Source: an uncultured archaeon
GTDB lineage: Archaea > Asgardarchaeota > Lokiarchaeia > Sigyniarchaeales > SOKP01
Length of the DNA: 64,000 nucleotides
NCBI GenBank assembly: GCA_964508365.1
Contig: CAZDTP010000002.1
Span: 32,001 to 96,000, forward strand
Direction: 5' to 3'
Shown here: positions 20,415-30,249 of the stretch, piece by piece
Position numbering within the stretch: position 1 is the stretch's first letter
How the letters are laid out: every line of letters begins with the position of its first letter
The notes under the pieces: generated by a model
Told to the model about the DNA's origin: nothing
Seen by the model: the letters and a program-made list of their open reading frames with translations, nothing else
The model's database searches: none
Translations under genes and position numbers: made by a program

Positions 20415-20720
20415 TTATTTGGCTGAACCTTTATTAATTCGTAAATGTTCTTTGCCAATGATAAGAAGTTTCTTTGAATTACCTAATTTAACTTCAACTT
20501 CGTAGCATCTTCCTCTTACACCCTTAACCGTTCCAGTTAATCCATGATATCTTCTATGAGGGAATCCTCTTTTGTGTTGAGAAGGATCAGTAATAATGTC
20601 TACTTTGTCATTTATTTCATAATCAATTAGATATTTCTCAATGGAACCTAAACCTCGGTCTCTTACCTTTTTTCGGTGTACTTGGCGAGACTTATTTCGG
20701 TAACCTTTATGTAAAGTCAA
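20415..20720 (-). CDS. rpl21e: 50S ribosomal protein L21e
   Basis: G.PHRRYHGLTG.V.G.RG. TTG start. Confidence 0.97.
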   Translation of the reverse strand: MTLHKGYRNKSRQVHRKKVRDRGLGSIEKYLIDYEINDKVDIITDPSQHKRGFPHRRYHGLTGTVKGVRGRCYEVEVKLGNSKKLLIIGKEHLRINKGSAK

Positions 20721-20828
20721 ATTAATTCCCTAAACTATTTTGAATTGTATTGATAAATATAATCAATTTTTGAAATTATATGAAGCATAATTTATTTATT
20801 TTTTGATTTCACTTCTTTAACAAGAGAA

Positions 20829-22184
20829 TTAATATATTTTAAGAACATCTAATTTTTTACATTCTAAAGAGAATCCATATATATCAGAGAAAGAGGGTGT
20901 TGTTCTTCCATTATCACCACTTATTAGTTCTTTAATGTACGTTCCGCCTTGAGCTTCTACGATGAATTCTGAAACATCGGGTTTAATGAATTTTCCTTCT
21001 ACTCGAAAAATCTTTTTTTCTCTTATTTTATCTGCGCGACGATGAGATACCCTTAATGGTGTTCTTTGTTGAAGATTTTGTTTTTCGTAAACACCCTTCA
21101 ATTTTTTTAATAGATCATCGAAGTTACCTTTTGAAATCTTCTCTTTAGAGATTACTAGGGCTTTGTAAACTTTTTTTGTGTTTTCAGCATTAAGTTTCAG
21201 ATTTTTAACTTGTTCCTTACTACTATATTGTAAATCTGTTACTTTGATTTTTTTCTTATTACTTTTATTTACTTTATTTTGAATTTTTTTCAAATCTAAA
21301 GTTCTGATTTTAGGGTTTTTTAATTCGAGGATAAAGGGTCTTCCATTACCTAGCATCTTCACATCAATATCTTCTCTTCCAGCGCCATGAAACTTTGAAT
21401 CGTCTGCTTTAGCTTCAATAACAAATTTTGGGCTAATTAATTCTTCTACACTAGTTTTATATTGCTTTCCTGTAAATTTACAAGATTCACACCCTTTTCC
21501 CCTGCATAATCTACAATCCCAATGAGTTTGGGGGATCCCTCTAATAAATTTGTTATATCTACCGTAAATAAAAATAGATCTTAAGAGCAAAGTAATATCG
21601 AAGGATTCAAATTTTATTGAATAAATAATAGTTATATCCGGCATCCCGAACTCTGCGGGTTTACCCAATATTAGAGAAAGCTCTTTACCCACTTCTCGGT
21701 TAAAATGATTTTTAAACGATTCAGCTTCCAAAAGATTATGACTGGCTTTAAAATTATCCTCCTTATTAATAATTTGCGCGTTGAGGGCGGTACCTATCAG
21801 GAAATTAGTGAATTCAATATTTTCTAAGTATTTTTCTGCTCTTTTAGCAAAAACAGCTATTTCGTTAAAAATATTGTTGCACAAATAACATTTTTCGGTA
21901 AAATCAGGTTTACTATATTCAATACCCTCCTTTTCTAATACGCTTTGAGCAGGGGTAAACTTTGCTTTTTCTGCTAATAATTTTAATATTTGACTAGCAT
22001 TATCATGGTTGTCTTGTTGGGATAAATACGCACGGTGTTTATCCATGGTGATTGCGAGTAAAAGAGATTTCCCCCTATCGTGATTGGTAGTGTCTGTACC
22101 TAATAAGGAAAACATCCTACCTAAACAATGAAAACACACATACTTATCTCGGTAAATCTCTATAACTTTTTCAAAAATAGTCAT
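20829..22184 (-). CDS. pus10: tRNA pseudouridine(54/55) synthase Pus10
   Basis: FHGAGREDIDV, QRTPLRVSHRRAD, GGTYIKELISGD, THUMP region. Confidence 0.97.
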   Translation of the reverse strand: MTIFEKVIEIYRDKYVCFHCLGRMFSLLGTDTTNHDRGKSLLLAITMDKHRAYLSQQDNHDNASQILKLLAEKAKFTPAQSVLEKEGIEYSKPDFTEKCYLCNNIFNEIAVFAKRAEKYLENIEFTNFLIGTALNAQIINKEDNFKASHNLLEAESFKNHFNREVGKELSLILGKPAEFGMPDITIIYSIKFESFDITLLLRSIFIYGRYNKFIRGIPQTHWDCRLCRGKGCESCKFTGKQYKTSVEELISPKFVIEAKADDSKFHGAGREDIDVKMLGNGRPFILELKNPKIRTLDLKKIQNKVNKSNKKKIKVTDLQYSSKEQVKNLKLNAENTKKVYKALVISKEKISKGNFDDLLKKLKGVYEKQNLQQRTPLRVSHRRADKIREKKIFRVEGKFIKPDVSEFIVEAQGGTYIKELISGDNGRTTPSFSDIYGFSLECKKLDVLKIY

Positions 22185-22270
22185 ATTCTAATTAAATAAT
22201 TAGGTATTCCTTTTGTTTTTAATGATCCTTCAATAATAAAAAAAAAGAAATATAGATTTTAAGTAATAGA

Positions 22271-23623
22271 TTATTCTTTTTCCCAGTCAAAATCGAGTTG
22301 TATGTACTTGTTCGTGAAGAAATATGCTACAATAAGTATTAAAGAACATATTGGTCCCCATAAAACTAAACCAAAAGAATAGGTTAAAGCTCCAATTGTA
22401 ATCATTGGTAATGATAAAACTATTCCAATAACCATAGGTCCAAAGGCTTGAAATATATTTAAAATTATACTTGGGAATCCATCATATAATCCTGCTTTTA
22501 ATTCTCCTGTACGCTTCTCTTCGTCTTCAGCTATATCCGCTTTATATATGTATGGGAAGAGTGCCCATCCTGATAGAGATACTGCTATTATAAGAATAAA
22601 GATAATCCCAAAGACTATATTCGTTGCAAAAGGAATTAACCCGATTAAAGAAGTTGGCAAGAGTATTATTGCAAAAAGAAACAATAACAAAAGCGATTTC
22701 TTCTTACCTTTTTTTTGAATCTGTTTTCTCCAAATAGATAAAGAAACGATAAAACCTAATACTAGAATTATTGCTACAATATAATACTCTAATGTACTTA
22801 ATCCTAATACAGAATCTATGAATGTTAACATCACAGTAGTGATTATTGACCAAGCAAAACTTGCAAACCCTTGCATAAATATAACCTTCATATAATTTTT
22901 GTCATGAATTATTTTCTTTAGATTTTCTAAGAGTCTCGAATCCATCTTAAAATGTGGCTCAGTAGGCATTATAAATACGAGAGCTACATAAAAAAGTATA
23001 ACTAAGATACCAAATATTAAAACTGGGAGTAATACTGTAATGGGAGTTACCTCAGGAGTAATAGATATAACATCAAATGCGGGTGTCAAGATTAATAGAG
23101 TAAAAATAAGCATTATAGCGTTTCCAATATAATTCATCGTATTCTGAAATTGAGAAACCTTAGGACGTTCACCCACAGGGAATTGTTCTACCATCCATGC
23201 TTGGTATGGTGTCGTTCCAGCATAACACGCTCTAAAAATGATATCCCAAATCAATAACCATAGAAATAACGCATTTTTATCGTTCAAATCGGGTAAAAAT
23301 AAACCGGGCAGCAAAAGAAAAATAAAAGAAATTCCAAGCAATGGAACTAGAATAATGATATAAGGTTTTCTTCGACCCCATTTTGTATATTTTGCATCAC
23401 TAATCCATCCAAAAAAAAACTGAGAAGCAGCAATCGAAAGAAACCCCATCGCTTGAGCAAATCCAACCAGAATTGATGGGACTCCGTAACCAAGATAATA
23501 AAGCGCAAACAAGGCAAAACCTTCAATTCCAAGAACGATAGCGGTTGAAACTCTTGGTACACTATAAGTTAATTTTCTCAGATTAGAAGTTTCAGGTCTT
23601 TGGATTCCTTCTGTTTCATTCAA
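22271..23623 (-). CDS. MFS transporter (GPH / sugar-cation symporter-like)
   Basis: GWISD....KWGRRKPY motif, about 12 TM helices, ADIAE.DE.RTG. Confidence 0.9.
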   Translation of the reverse strand: MNETEGIQRPETSNLRKLTYSVPRVSTAIVLGIEGFALFALYYLGYGVPSILVGFAQAMGFLSIAASQFFFGWISDAKYTKWGRRKPYIIILVPLLGISFIFLLLPGLFLPDLNDKNALFLWLLIWDIIFRACYAGTTPYQAWMVEQFPVGERPKVSQFQNTMNYIGNAIMLIFTLLILTPAFDVISITPEVTPITVLLPVLIFGILVILFYVALVFIMPTEPHFKMDSRLLENLKKIIHDKNYMKVIFMQGFASFAWSIITTVMLTFIDSVLGLSTLEYYIVAIILVLGFIVSLSIWRKQIQKKGKKKSLLLLFLFAIILLPTSLIGLIPFATNIVFGIIFILIIAVSLSGWALFPYIYKADIAEDEEKRTGELKAGLYDGFPSIILNIFQAFGPMVIGIVLSLPMITIGALTYSFGLVLWGPICSLILIVAYFFTNKYIQLDFDWEKE

Positions 23624-23795
23624 ATTTTAACACATCCTATATATTGATTTTTTGTATAAAAATTAATTTAAATTAAGATTAGATGAAACTCTATTTAATG
23701 TTTATTAAAAATGTAGGAATAAAATATCGATTAAAGGAGCAAATATTTTAATTAGTGAAAGGTTGAAGTTATCAACTTTGCTTGAATTTCGTAGT

Positions 23796-24770
23796 TTAAT
23801 CTTCTTCTTCGTCCCACCCTAAATCTTTTAGAACGGATTCAAAAGCTTCTGATTCCTTATTAAGTACAAATTCTGTATCATACTCGGAAGCGGTCTTTCC
23901 AAAATCAGCATTAAAATCAGGGAGAGGAAGATCCTCGAGCGAAGGGATAGACTCCTGTAAAGGTTGTTCCTGGACAATTTGAGGCTCATGGATGCTCTCA
24001 TCTTCCTCGATCTCCATTGGTGTATAATCCGCAAGCGGAACGGGAGGTATTTCGTCCTCATATACTTTAAAACGCGAATCAATAACCTGGGACGGCTCTT
24101 CTGACCTCAATGAAGTTTCTGAGCTCTTAACACCCTTCTCCATTTGTTTTTCGTATTCTAAGCCAACAGATTTTGGTATAGATACAATGTTATTTTGTAC
24201 TTCCGTTTCGATATCTTCTAAATCACTACCATCTTTTTCCCAATCGTCTAAAAAACCTAGCAAATCGTCTAGGGCGGCTTTATCTTCTTCGATGCTAGGT
24301 TTTATAATTCCACTCACTTCCTCTTCTTCAATTTTTAGTTTAGCTTTTTCAGAATCTTCTAAAGAAAGAGTCATGTTAGTGATTTCATCTCCTGAAATTA
24401 ATCGATTCAATTTTTTAGCTAATTCTCGTATATACCCAAGGTAGTATCCAATTCGATATACATTTTTTAACCCACCAAACACCAGATATTCGTCATTGAT
24501 AGCTAAAATTATACTATAACCAGAAGTATTGTGAAGAATTATCTCTGTTAGGGCCCCATGTGCAGTTGCTTCGCTTAATCTTAATCCTAAATCAATCAAC
24601 GCAGTACTTGAAGCGGATGTTGCATCAGCATCGAGCTCAGAAGAAGAAGAAGACGCAACTTTCATACCAACTCGAGAAAGTACTGCTAGATTTTCTAAAT
24701 CTGTTTTATCTTCTTCGAATTTTAAAATCTTCATCATATTATCGCGAATATCTTGCACTAGAGACGACAT
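23796..24770 (-). CDS. Roadblock/LC7 domain protein with long acidic disordered tail
   Basis: N-terminal about 125 aa follow the Roadblock pattern (AVLSRVGMKVAS...SASSTALIDLG...EIILHNTSGYSIILAI). The rest is E/D/P-rich. Confidence 0.8.
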   Translation of the reverse strand: MSSLVQDIRDNMMKILKFEEDKTDLENLAVLSRVGMKVASSSSSELDADATSASSTALIDLGLRLSEATAHGALTEIILHNTSGYSIILAINDEYLVFGGLKNVYRIGYYLGYIRELAKKLNRLISGDEITNMTLSLEDSEKAKLKIEEEEVSGIIKPSIEEDKAALDDLLGFLDDWEKDGSDLEDIETEVQNNIVSIPKSVGLEYEKQMEKGVKSSETSLRSEEPSQVIDSRFKVYEDEIPPVPLADYTPMEIEEDESIHEPQIVQEQPLQESIPSLEDLPLPDFNADFGKTASEYDTEFVLNKESEAFESVLKDLGWDEEED

Positions 24771-24876
24771 TTCACACCAAAATCTTTTTTAAATTAAAAT
24801 TAATTGGAATCTATATATTATAAATTCTCTTAATGTATATCATAAAATTTACATTAATATATTTTATCATAATTTC

Positions 24877-25608
24877 TTACATAAATTCATTTAATTTCTT
24901 CTGCGTAGAAGAAGAATTATCATATTTATTGAAAGAGTATCCAGATAAGTCAGTAACTATGTTTTTAATCTCCTCTATCACATTTTCAGCCGTTAAAATA
25001 TTAGTATCGATTGTGAATACTTTTTTAGTTTGAGTTTTTGAAAACAAAAATTGATTATAATAGGAAAGAATTTCTAATAGGTATTTCTTGTCATCTTCAT
25101 TCCAATTATTCCTGGTATTATCAATTGAACCTCGTTGAAGTATTCTTTTTAATATTGTATCTGTTTCAGCAGTAAGGTAAATAATGCAATCTTCTTTCCA
25201 CTTAACTGACTTATACATATCATAGATAAGATTATAATCTTTTTCTTTAAGGTAAAGACTTTTAGAGTAAACTAGCACGCAGATTGGTGTACGATCCAGA
25301 AAAATAACTCTACCATTGTAAATATTATCAAAATTAGTGATATTTTTGTTTCTCCGAATGAGCTGTTGTAGAAAGTGAATTTCGCTTCGAAAGGCGATTT
25401 GTTTGTTGTCAGAACCGAATGGAAAAGGAGGAATTTTCCTATATCTCTCGGGAAAAAACTTAAACTTATTATTATCTCCAAATTTTTTTTTTAAAAGATT
25501 GAAGATTGTGGTTTTCCCAATTCCGTGTACCCCCGCAATAGAAATAATTATATTATCCTTGCTACCCTTGTTTGTATAATATTTTTTACCCAATCTCTCT
25601 TTCTCCAC
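24877..25608 (-). CDS. Deoxynucleoside/thymidylate kinase family protein
   Basis: P-loop GVHGIGKTT, DRTP, IIYL.A.....KRI..RG. Confidence 0.8.
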   Translation of the reverse strand: MEKERLGKKYYTNKGSKDNIIISIAGVHGIGKTTIFNLLKKKFGDNNKFKFFPERYRKIPPFPFGSDNKQIAFRSEIHFLQQLIRRNKNITNFDNIYNGRVIFLDRTPICVLVYSKSLYLKEKDYNLIYDMYKSVKWKEDCIIYLTAETDTILKRILQRGSIDNTRNNWNEDDKKYLLEILSYYNQFLFSKTQTKKVFTIDTNILTAENVIEEIKNIVTDLSGYSFNKYDNSSSTQKKLNEFM

Positions 25609-25726
25609 GTTATAGACTCTTATCGTATTTTAAAAGAAATAAGTTACTAATAATAACACTAGAGATATTTGATTTTTCTTATTATTAAATTTATATATTA
25701 AAGGATAATGGAGATTTATGTTTAAA

Positions 25727-26854
25727 TTAGAAATAGATAATTATGATTATAAGAGTAATATTGTAAATCAAATTAGCTATTATTGTACTAAATAAATTCT
25801 TATTAATTTCATAGATCACCCCCAAAAATATATTTACCATAAAGTTTACAAAAAAGAAATATATCCCAATGGGTAATGTAAAAAATAGAAACAGAATTGA
25901 GTAAATCAAGGCTACAATTACAATTACTGTAACTTTTCCAAGAAAATTGTTATCAAAATGCGCTTTTAAAGTTTTGTGTAATACACCTCTAAATACTAGT
26001 TCAGTTGAAATTACTGTTACACTTAGAAGTAAAATAAGTAGTATTATCAGAATTAAACTAGAGTTTTGAAGGACGAGATATTCTTCGTCTAAATAAGCAA
26101 AGATATCGTAGAAATTTATCCCCGCGTCGTAAATAAAACGGATTATTAGGGACGAAAAATTATCAATTAAAACTAATCCAATACTTCCGGCGATGCCAAC
26201 TAAAGTAGCGATTACCAGCGATTTTTTATTAAAGATCAAGCTTAATTTCTTGAGGTTATGTTTTTTTGAATAAATATAATACAGGGGATAGACTCCAAAA
26301 ATAATATCAGGAGCTTGACTCAAGAGAATTGTTGTCATGTTTAAATCTAATGTTTCAGACGGACCCATTTGTAAAGTTAATAACATAGTAATCACTAGTC
26401 GAATGATAATATATGCCATAAGAGCATTACCAAATACGCTAATCCCCTCTCTAAAATTCCATTCGCTTTTTTTCAATACAAATTTTTGTTCTGGTACTAA
26501 TTTTTTATTTGTGAATACATAACCTTGTCTACTTTGATTTTTTTTGGTTTGGGTTGCGATTTCTTGCTCTGGAATTTTTTCTAATCTTGAATCACATATA
26601 GGACACTGTTCTAATATAGTAGAAGTTATTATCGAACCGCAATTCGAACATTTGCGCGATATTGGTTCTTTTTTAAATGGTTTTGGGATTGCCTTCGCTT
26701 GATCAGTAATATCCTCACTTGGTTTAATATTCACTACTAATTTCCCACATTCAGGATTTGGACAATAAGCTGTGTGTTTTTGGATTGCAGTACCACAGTA
26801 CACGCAAAATTTTGTAACTTGATGTTCTTCATTTTCTTTTGACATTACTCTCAA
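25727..26854 (-). CDS. Double zinc ribbon plus CPBP-like membrane domain, probably catalytically inactive
   Basis: CVYC/CPNPEC and CSNC/CPIC ribbons. TELVFRG replaces EExxFRG and both conserved His residues are missing. Confidence 0.75.
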   Translation of the reverse strand: MRVMSKENEEHQVTKFCVYCGTAIQKHTAYCPNPECGKLVVNIKPSEDITDQAKAIPKPFKKEPISRKCSNCGSIITSTILEQCPICDSRLEKIPEQEIATQTKKNQSRQGYVFTNKKLVPEQKFVLKKSEWNFREGISVFGNALMAYIIIRLVITMLLTLQMGPSETLDLNMTTILLSQAPDIIFGVYPLYYIYSKKHNLKKLSLIFNKKSLVIATLVGIAGSIGLVLIDNFSSLIIRFIYDAGINFYDIFAYLDEEYLVLQNSSLILIILLILLLSVTVISTELVFRGVLHKTLKAHFDNNFLGKVTVIVIVALIYSILFLFFTLPIGIYFFFVNFMVNIFLGVIYEINKNLFSTIIANLIYNITLIIIIIYF

Positions 26855-27015
26855 TAAAATAAGAAATTTAATTGTGCTAAAGCGTACTTATGTAATAAAT
26901 TAAATTTAAAATTATATATTTTATTATTATTTTCTACAACTAAAACAATATTTTGACAACAGAGAAACTCTAAATGTGCTTTATTATTAGTTTTATTGAT
27001 TACACTTGCTTCTTT

Positions 27016-28272
27016 TTACTTTTTTCTTCTTATAAGTTCTTTAGTCTTTGAATAAAGTTCCATGAGCAAAAGATTATGATAAAAAGAAATAGAATCAAAG
27101 TAGCCCTCTCCTATATCGGACTGATTAGCATGTACTAACGCAAGTTGGGCGTTTAGGGCAGATTTCATAAGTAACTCTATCCCTTTATAAATTAAATTTG
27201 GACTCCAAGTCCCTCGATTAGGGTTCCCCCACCATGTTGTATCGGAACATATCCCTCTATCATAAAACCATCGAGAAGTATTGTAGTGTCTCTCTGCATC
27301 CCAATTTTGATTCAAATCTAAATTATCTATTAAATTCATGAGGTTGTTTAAACTTCTCACAATTTTCCAATATAACATATGAACTCTATTATCAGGATGA
27401 TCCCACAAAGGATACGGGATGTTTGCCTTCATATCATCGTAAGTAGTGCTCCAACTCGAATCTTTAGGGATTATCTTTTCTTTACTAATCGGAAAAAATT
27501 TGGATAAATTGGAAATGAATTCCATTTTTATTTCTCTTTGATCGTTAATAAGTTCTAAAGCCTTACTTAGAAAAATTCTTTCAAATTTTTTAATATGATG
27601 ACCAAAAGTTTCTGAATCCAGTGCTGTTATGATAAATTTATCTTTTTGCTTTTGGTCCTTATTTTGCTTGACATTGCCTTTAATTTCTTCAACAAATTCT
27701 TTCGCAGTGATATTGTTAAATGCGATTTTATTACTTAAAATATCGTCTCTAAAAAATAACATTAAGCCATTAGGAGAAGTATATATTTGATCAGTAGACC
27801 AATCAACAGGACAGGCTATACCGCTCATAATTACCCATTTATACCCTAATTCTCGAATGTACTTTGCAACTTGAGAACTAATTGACATTTCAGGAGGGAA
27901 AAATCCTGCTCGTTCCCACCGTTTAAATTCTTTTTTTATAATTTCTTCATTAATCTTAATTTGATTTTCAGATTCCTTTTGTGGAATTAATGGAAGGATT
28001 GGATGGAATTTTGCGGTACCAGTGATTTCAATTTTATTACTAGATTCCAAATTTTGGAGAATTTCTATGGTATCAATTAGATCAAATTCATAAAACATCT
28101 CTATTAAAACCGCATTAATATTAAGACTAATTTTAACATTATCATGCTCCTCTAACATTCTCAATAAAGGTTTATAGCACTCTTTATCAATTTGTCGCAA
28201 TACCCTACTATCTTGAAAAGTAGGTTGATACATATGTAATAATGGAGCCCAATATATCATTTTAACAATCAA
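27016..28272 (-). CDS. Glycoside hydrolase family 57 (alpha-amylase/amylopullulanase-like)
   Basis: LHMYQP, FHPILPL, FFPPE, DSETFGHH, SSWS. The real start is probably the ATG at 28260. Confidence 0.9.
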   Translation of the reverse strand: MIVKMIYWAPLLHMYQPTFQDSRVLRQIDKECYKPLLRMLEEHDNVKISLNINAVLIEMFYEFDLIDTIEILQNLESSNKIEITGTAKFHPILPLIPQKESENQIKINEEIIKKEFKRWERAGFFPPEMSISSQVAKYIRELGYKWVIMSGIACPVDWSTDQIYTSPNGLMLFFRDDILSNKIAFNNITAKEFVEEIKGNVKQNKDQKQKDKFIITALDSETFGHHIKKFERIFLSKALELINDQREIKMEFISNLSKFFPISKEKIIPKDSSWSTTYDDMKANIPYPLWDHPDNRVHMLYWKIVRSLNNLMNLIDNLDLNQNWDAERHYNTSRWFYDRGICSDTTWWGNPNRGTWSPNLIYKGIELLMKSALNAQLALVHANQSDIGEGYFDSISFYHNLLLMELYSKTKELIRRKK

Positions 28273-28331
28273 CCTTTAATATTTCTATTATATTTACTAT
28301 TTATATAATGGAATAGAAAAATGGGAGAGTT

Positions 28332-29429
28332 CTATCTTTCAATTATGTTTTCTTTAATTTTTATACCAAAGTGAGTTGCTTCGGGACCAATATGAACCAA
28401 AACTTTGTCTCCAACCTTAATATCTACTATAGATACAGGGATTCCAACTGAGTTAACTAATCGAATTGTTTCTGCATTTTGACCAATGTAATTAATTCTG
28501 ATCTTCTTACCTCGATTATCAATTTCTAATTCTAATCTTAACATAGGGCGCGTTTCAATTTTCACTCTACCCACTGTAACCCTTTTCGCTCCACCATTTG
28601 AATTTACCACTAGAACTTGATCTCCCCCTTTCAATTCACTTAAATATTTCGTCTGATATTTCTTATCGGTGTCATCACTCGGAACTAGAATATATGCTGA
28701 AACATCACCAGCGTTTACTCTGAAGGGCCTTGAGGAAACAAATTGAGTTTCAAAAACTTCAGCGTGTACTAACACAAATCCTTTTGCAGTGCTTCCAACA
28801 AGCATCCCCTCCCCTGATTTCAATAAGGATGTAGTATCGACGCACACTCTTTCGCTCTCTGGGACATTTTGTAAAGCTATAACTTCTGCTTCAATGAGAT
28901 CAATTTTAAATTCGGTAACTAATAATTTTTTCAATTCTATGATGTCATTAACTTCTCTAGGAGTAATTAAAACTCCATCTGTCCCGATTTCAAGGGTTTT
29001 AAACATCAATTCTGCTTCATTTACATTCTCGACCGAAGCAATTAATTCTGTATCATTTTTGTGCATTTCTGCGATTAGGTTTTCAAAGGGGATGATTTTC
29101 CAGTCCTGTGCTTTGACTATAATGAAGTTAAAGTTACCTCTTTCTTCTTTAATAAATTCTTCGTCCTGTTTTGAGTTTAGTTCGTAATAGAGCCCAATCT
29201 TGACTCCTTTATCAATTCCAATTGGTTTCTCACTTGCTTCATTTACAATTAAATTTTGCGTGTTAATACTCAAATCTCTACTATACGTGGTTATACGTTC
29301 AATATTCTCGAATTCCAAAAATGTGTCTCTCGAAACTAAAAAATCAAGGAAATTCATATTCAAGGCTTCTTGCACTAGTGCTTTAAAATTATCCGTTTTT
29401 TTCTCGAAATCTAAAATTATTTTTTTCAT
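28332..29429 (-). CDS. aroB': 3-dehydroquinate synthase II (archaeal AroB')
   Basis: DWKIIPFEN, ERVCVDT, RPFRVNAG, YLSEL..GD, VGRVKIETRP, QNAETIRL. Confidence 0.95.
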   Translation of the reverse strand: MKKIILDFEKKTDNFKALVQEALNMNFLDFLVSRDTFLEFENIERITTYSRDLSINTQNLIVNEASEKPIGIDKGVKIGLYYELNSKQDEEFIKEERGNFNFIIVKAQDWKIIPFENLIAEMHKNDTELIASVENVNEAELMFKTLEIGTDGVLITPREVNDIIELKKLLVTEFKIDLIEAEVIALQNVPESERVCVDTTSLLKSGEGMLVGSTAKGFVLVHAEVFETQFVSSRPFRVNAGDVSAYILVPSDDTDKKYQTKYLSELKGGDQVLVVNSNGGAKRVTVGRVKIETRPMLRLELEIDNRGKKIRINYIGQNAETIRLVNSVGIPVSIVDIKVGDKVLVHIGPEATHFGIKIKENIIER

Positions 29430-29555
29430 TTAAGAATCATCAAAGTTTGGACTCTGAAAGTAATTTATTGATAAGAATCATCGTACTAAATTAAATTCTA
29501 TCAAATTTTTAAGTAAATAAAATCATATTAATTATAAAAGAGATTCTAGTATATT

Positions 29556-30209
29556 ATGGCGCTGAAGAAAAAACTTTTTCCCAGAAAAGGTAAAGAAAAG
29601 GAAGAGCTTGTTCTTAAAGCTAAAGCACATATCAGAAAAATTGCACTATCAAATAAAACCTACAACAAAAGAGCAGAAATAGCAAGAAAGAACGCTAAAA
29701 TTGCGATAAAGAGAGGAGAGAGAAACCGGGCTAAAAATTATCTGATTCAACATAAACAGTATCAAATGAAGGTAGATCGCCAGAACAATATTCGGGCAAA
29801 AATAGAACGCCAAATAGAAGCTATATCCGAGGGACGTATGATTTCAATGACAGGCGATTTAATGGGGGGAATTAGAGACGAACTACAAGGTATTGCATCT
29901 AAAGTGGCCCCCGAAAAGATTGCTGAAATCGCAGAGGACTCTGAATTATACGTATCAGAAATAGAAGAATCTGCAGAAATCCTTGCTGGCGATCCTGAAA
30001 TTGATTTAGCAATTGATATAACTGACGAATTAAATCAACTTGAAACAGAAATGCTTTTAGAACAAGGGGGTCAAATGCCAGAAGTCCCTGATGATGAACT
30101 TGCTTATATTTCAGAGTTTGAAGAAATAGAAGAAGAACCTGAAATAAAAACAAAGGTAAAATTGGAGGACGAAATTGACAAGCTTAGGAAGGAATTAGAA
30201 GGTAGTTAA
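29556..30209 (+). CDS. snf7: Snf7-family ESCRT-III protein (Vps20/32/60-like)
   Basis: Basic N-terminal helical hairpin (A..A.K.G.R..AK.YL), acidic C-half, DELNQLE, MPEVP, terminal helix EDEIDKLRKEL. Confidence 0.88.
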   Translation: MALKKKLFPRKGKEKEELVLKAKAHIRKIALSNKTYNKRAEIARKNAKIAIKRGERNRAKNYLIQHKQYQMKVDRQNNIRAKIERQIEAISEGRMISMTGDLMGGIRDELQGIASKVAPEKIAEIAEDSELYVSEIEESAEILAGDPEIDLAIDITDELNQLETEMLLEQGGQMPEVPDDELAYISEFEEIEEEPEIKTKVKLEDEIDKLRKELEGS

Positions 30210-30249
30210 TTGATTTAATGACTTTCTTAAGCCAAATGAAAATTATTAT

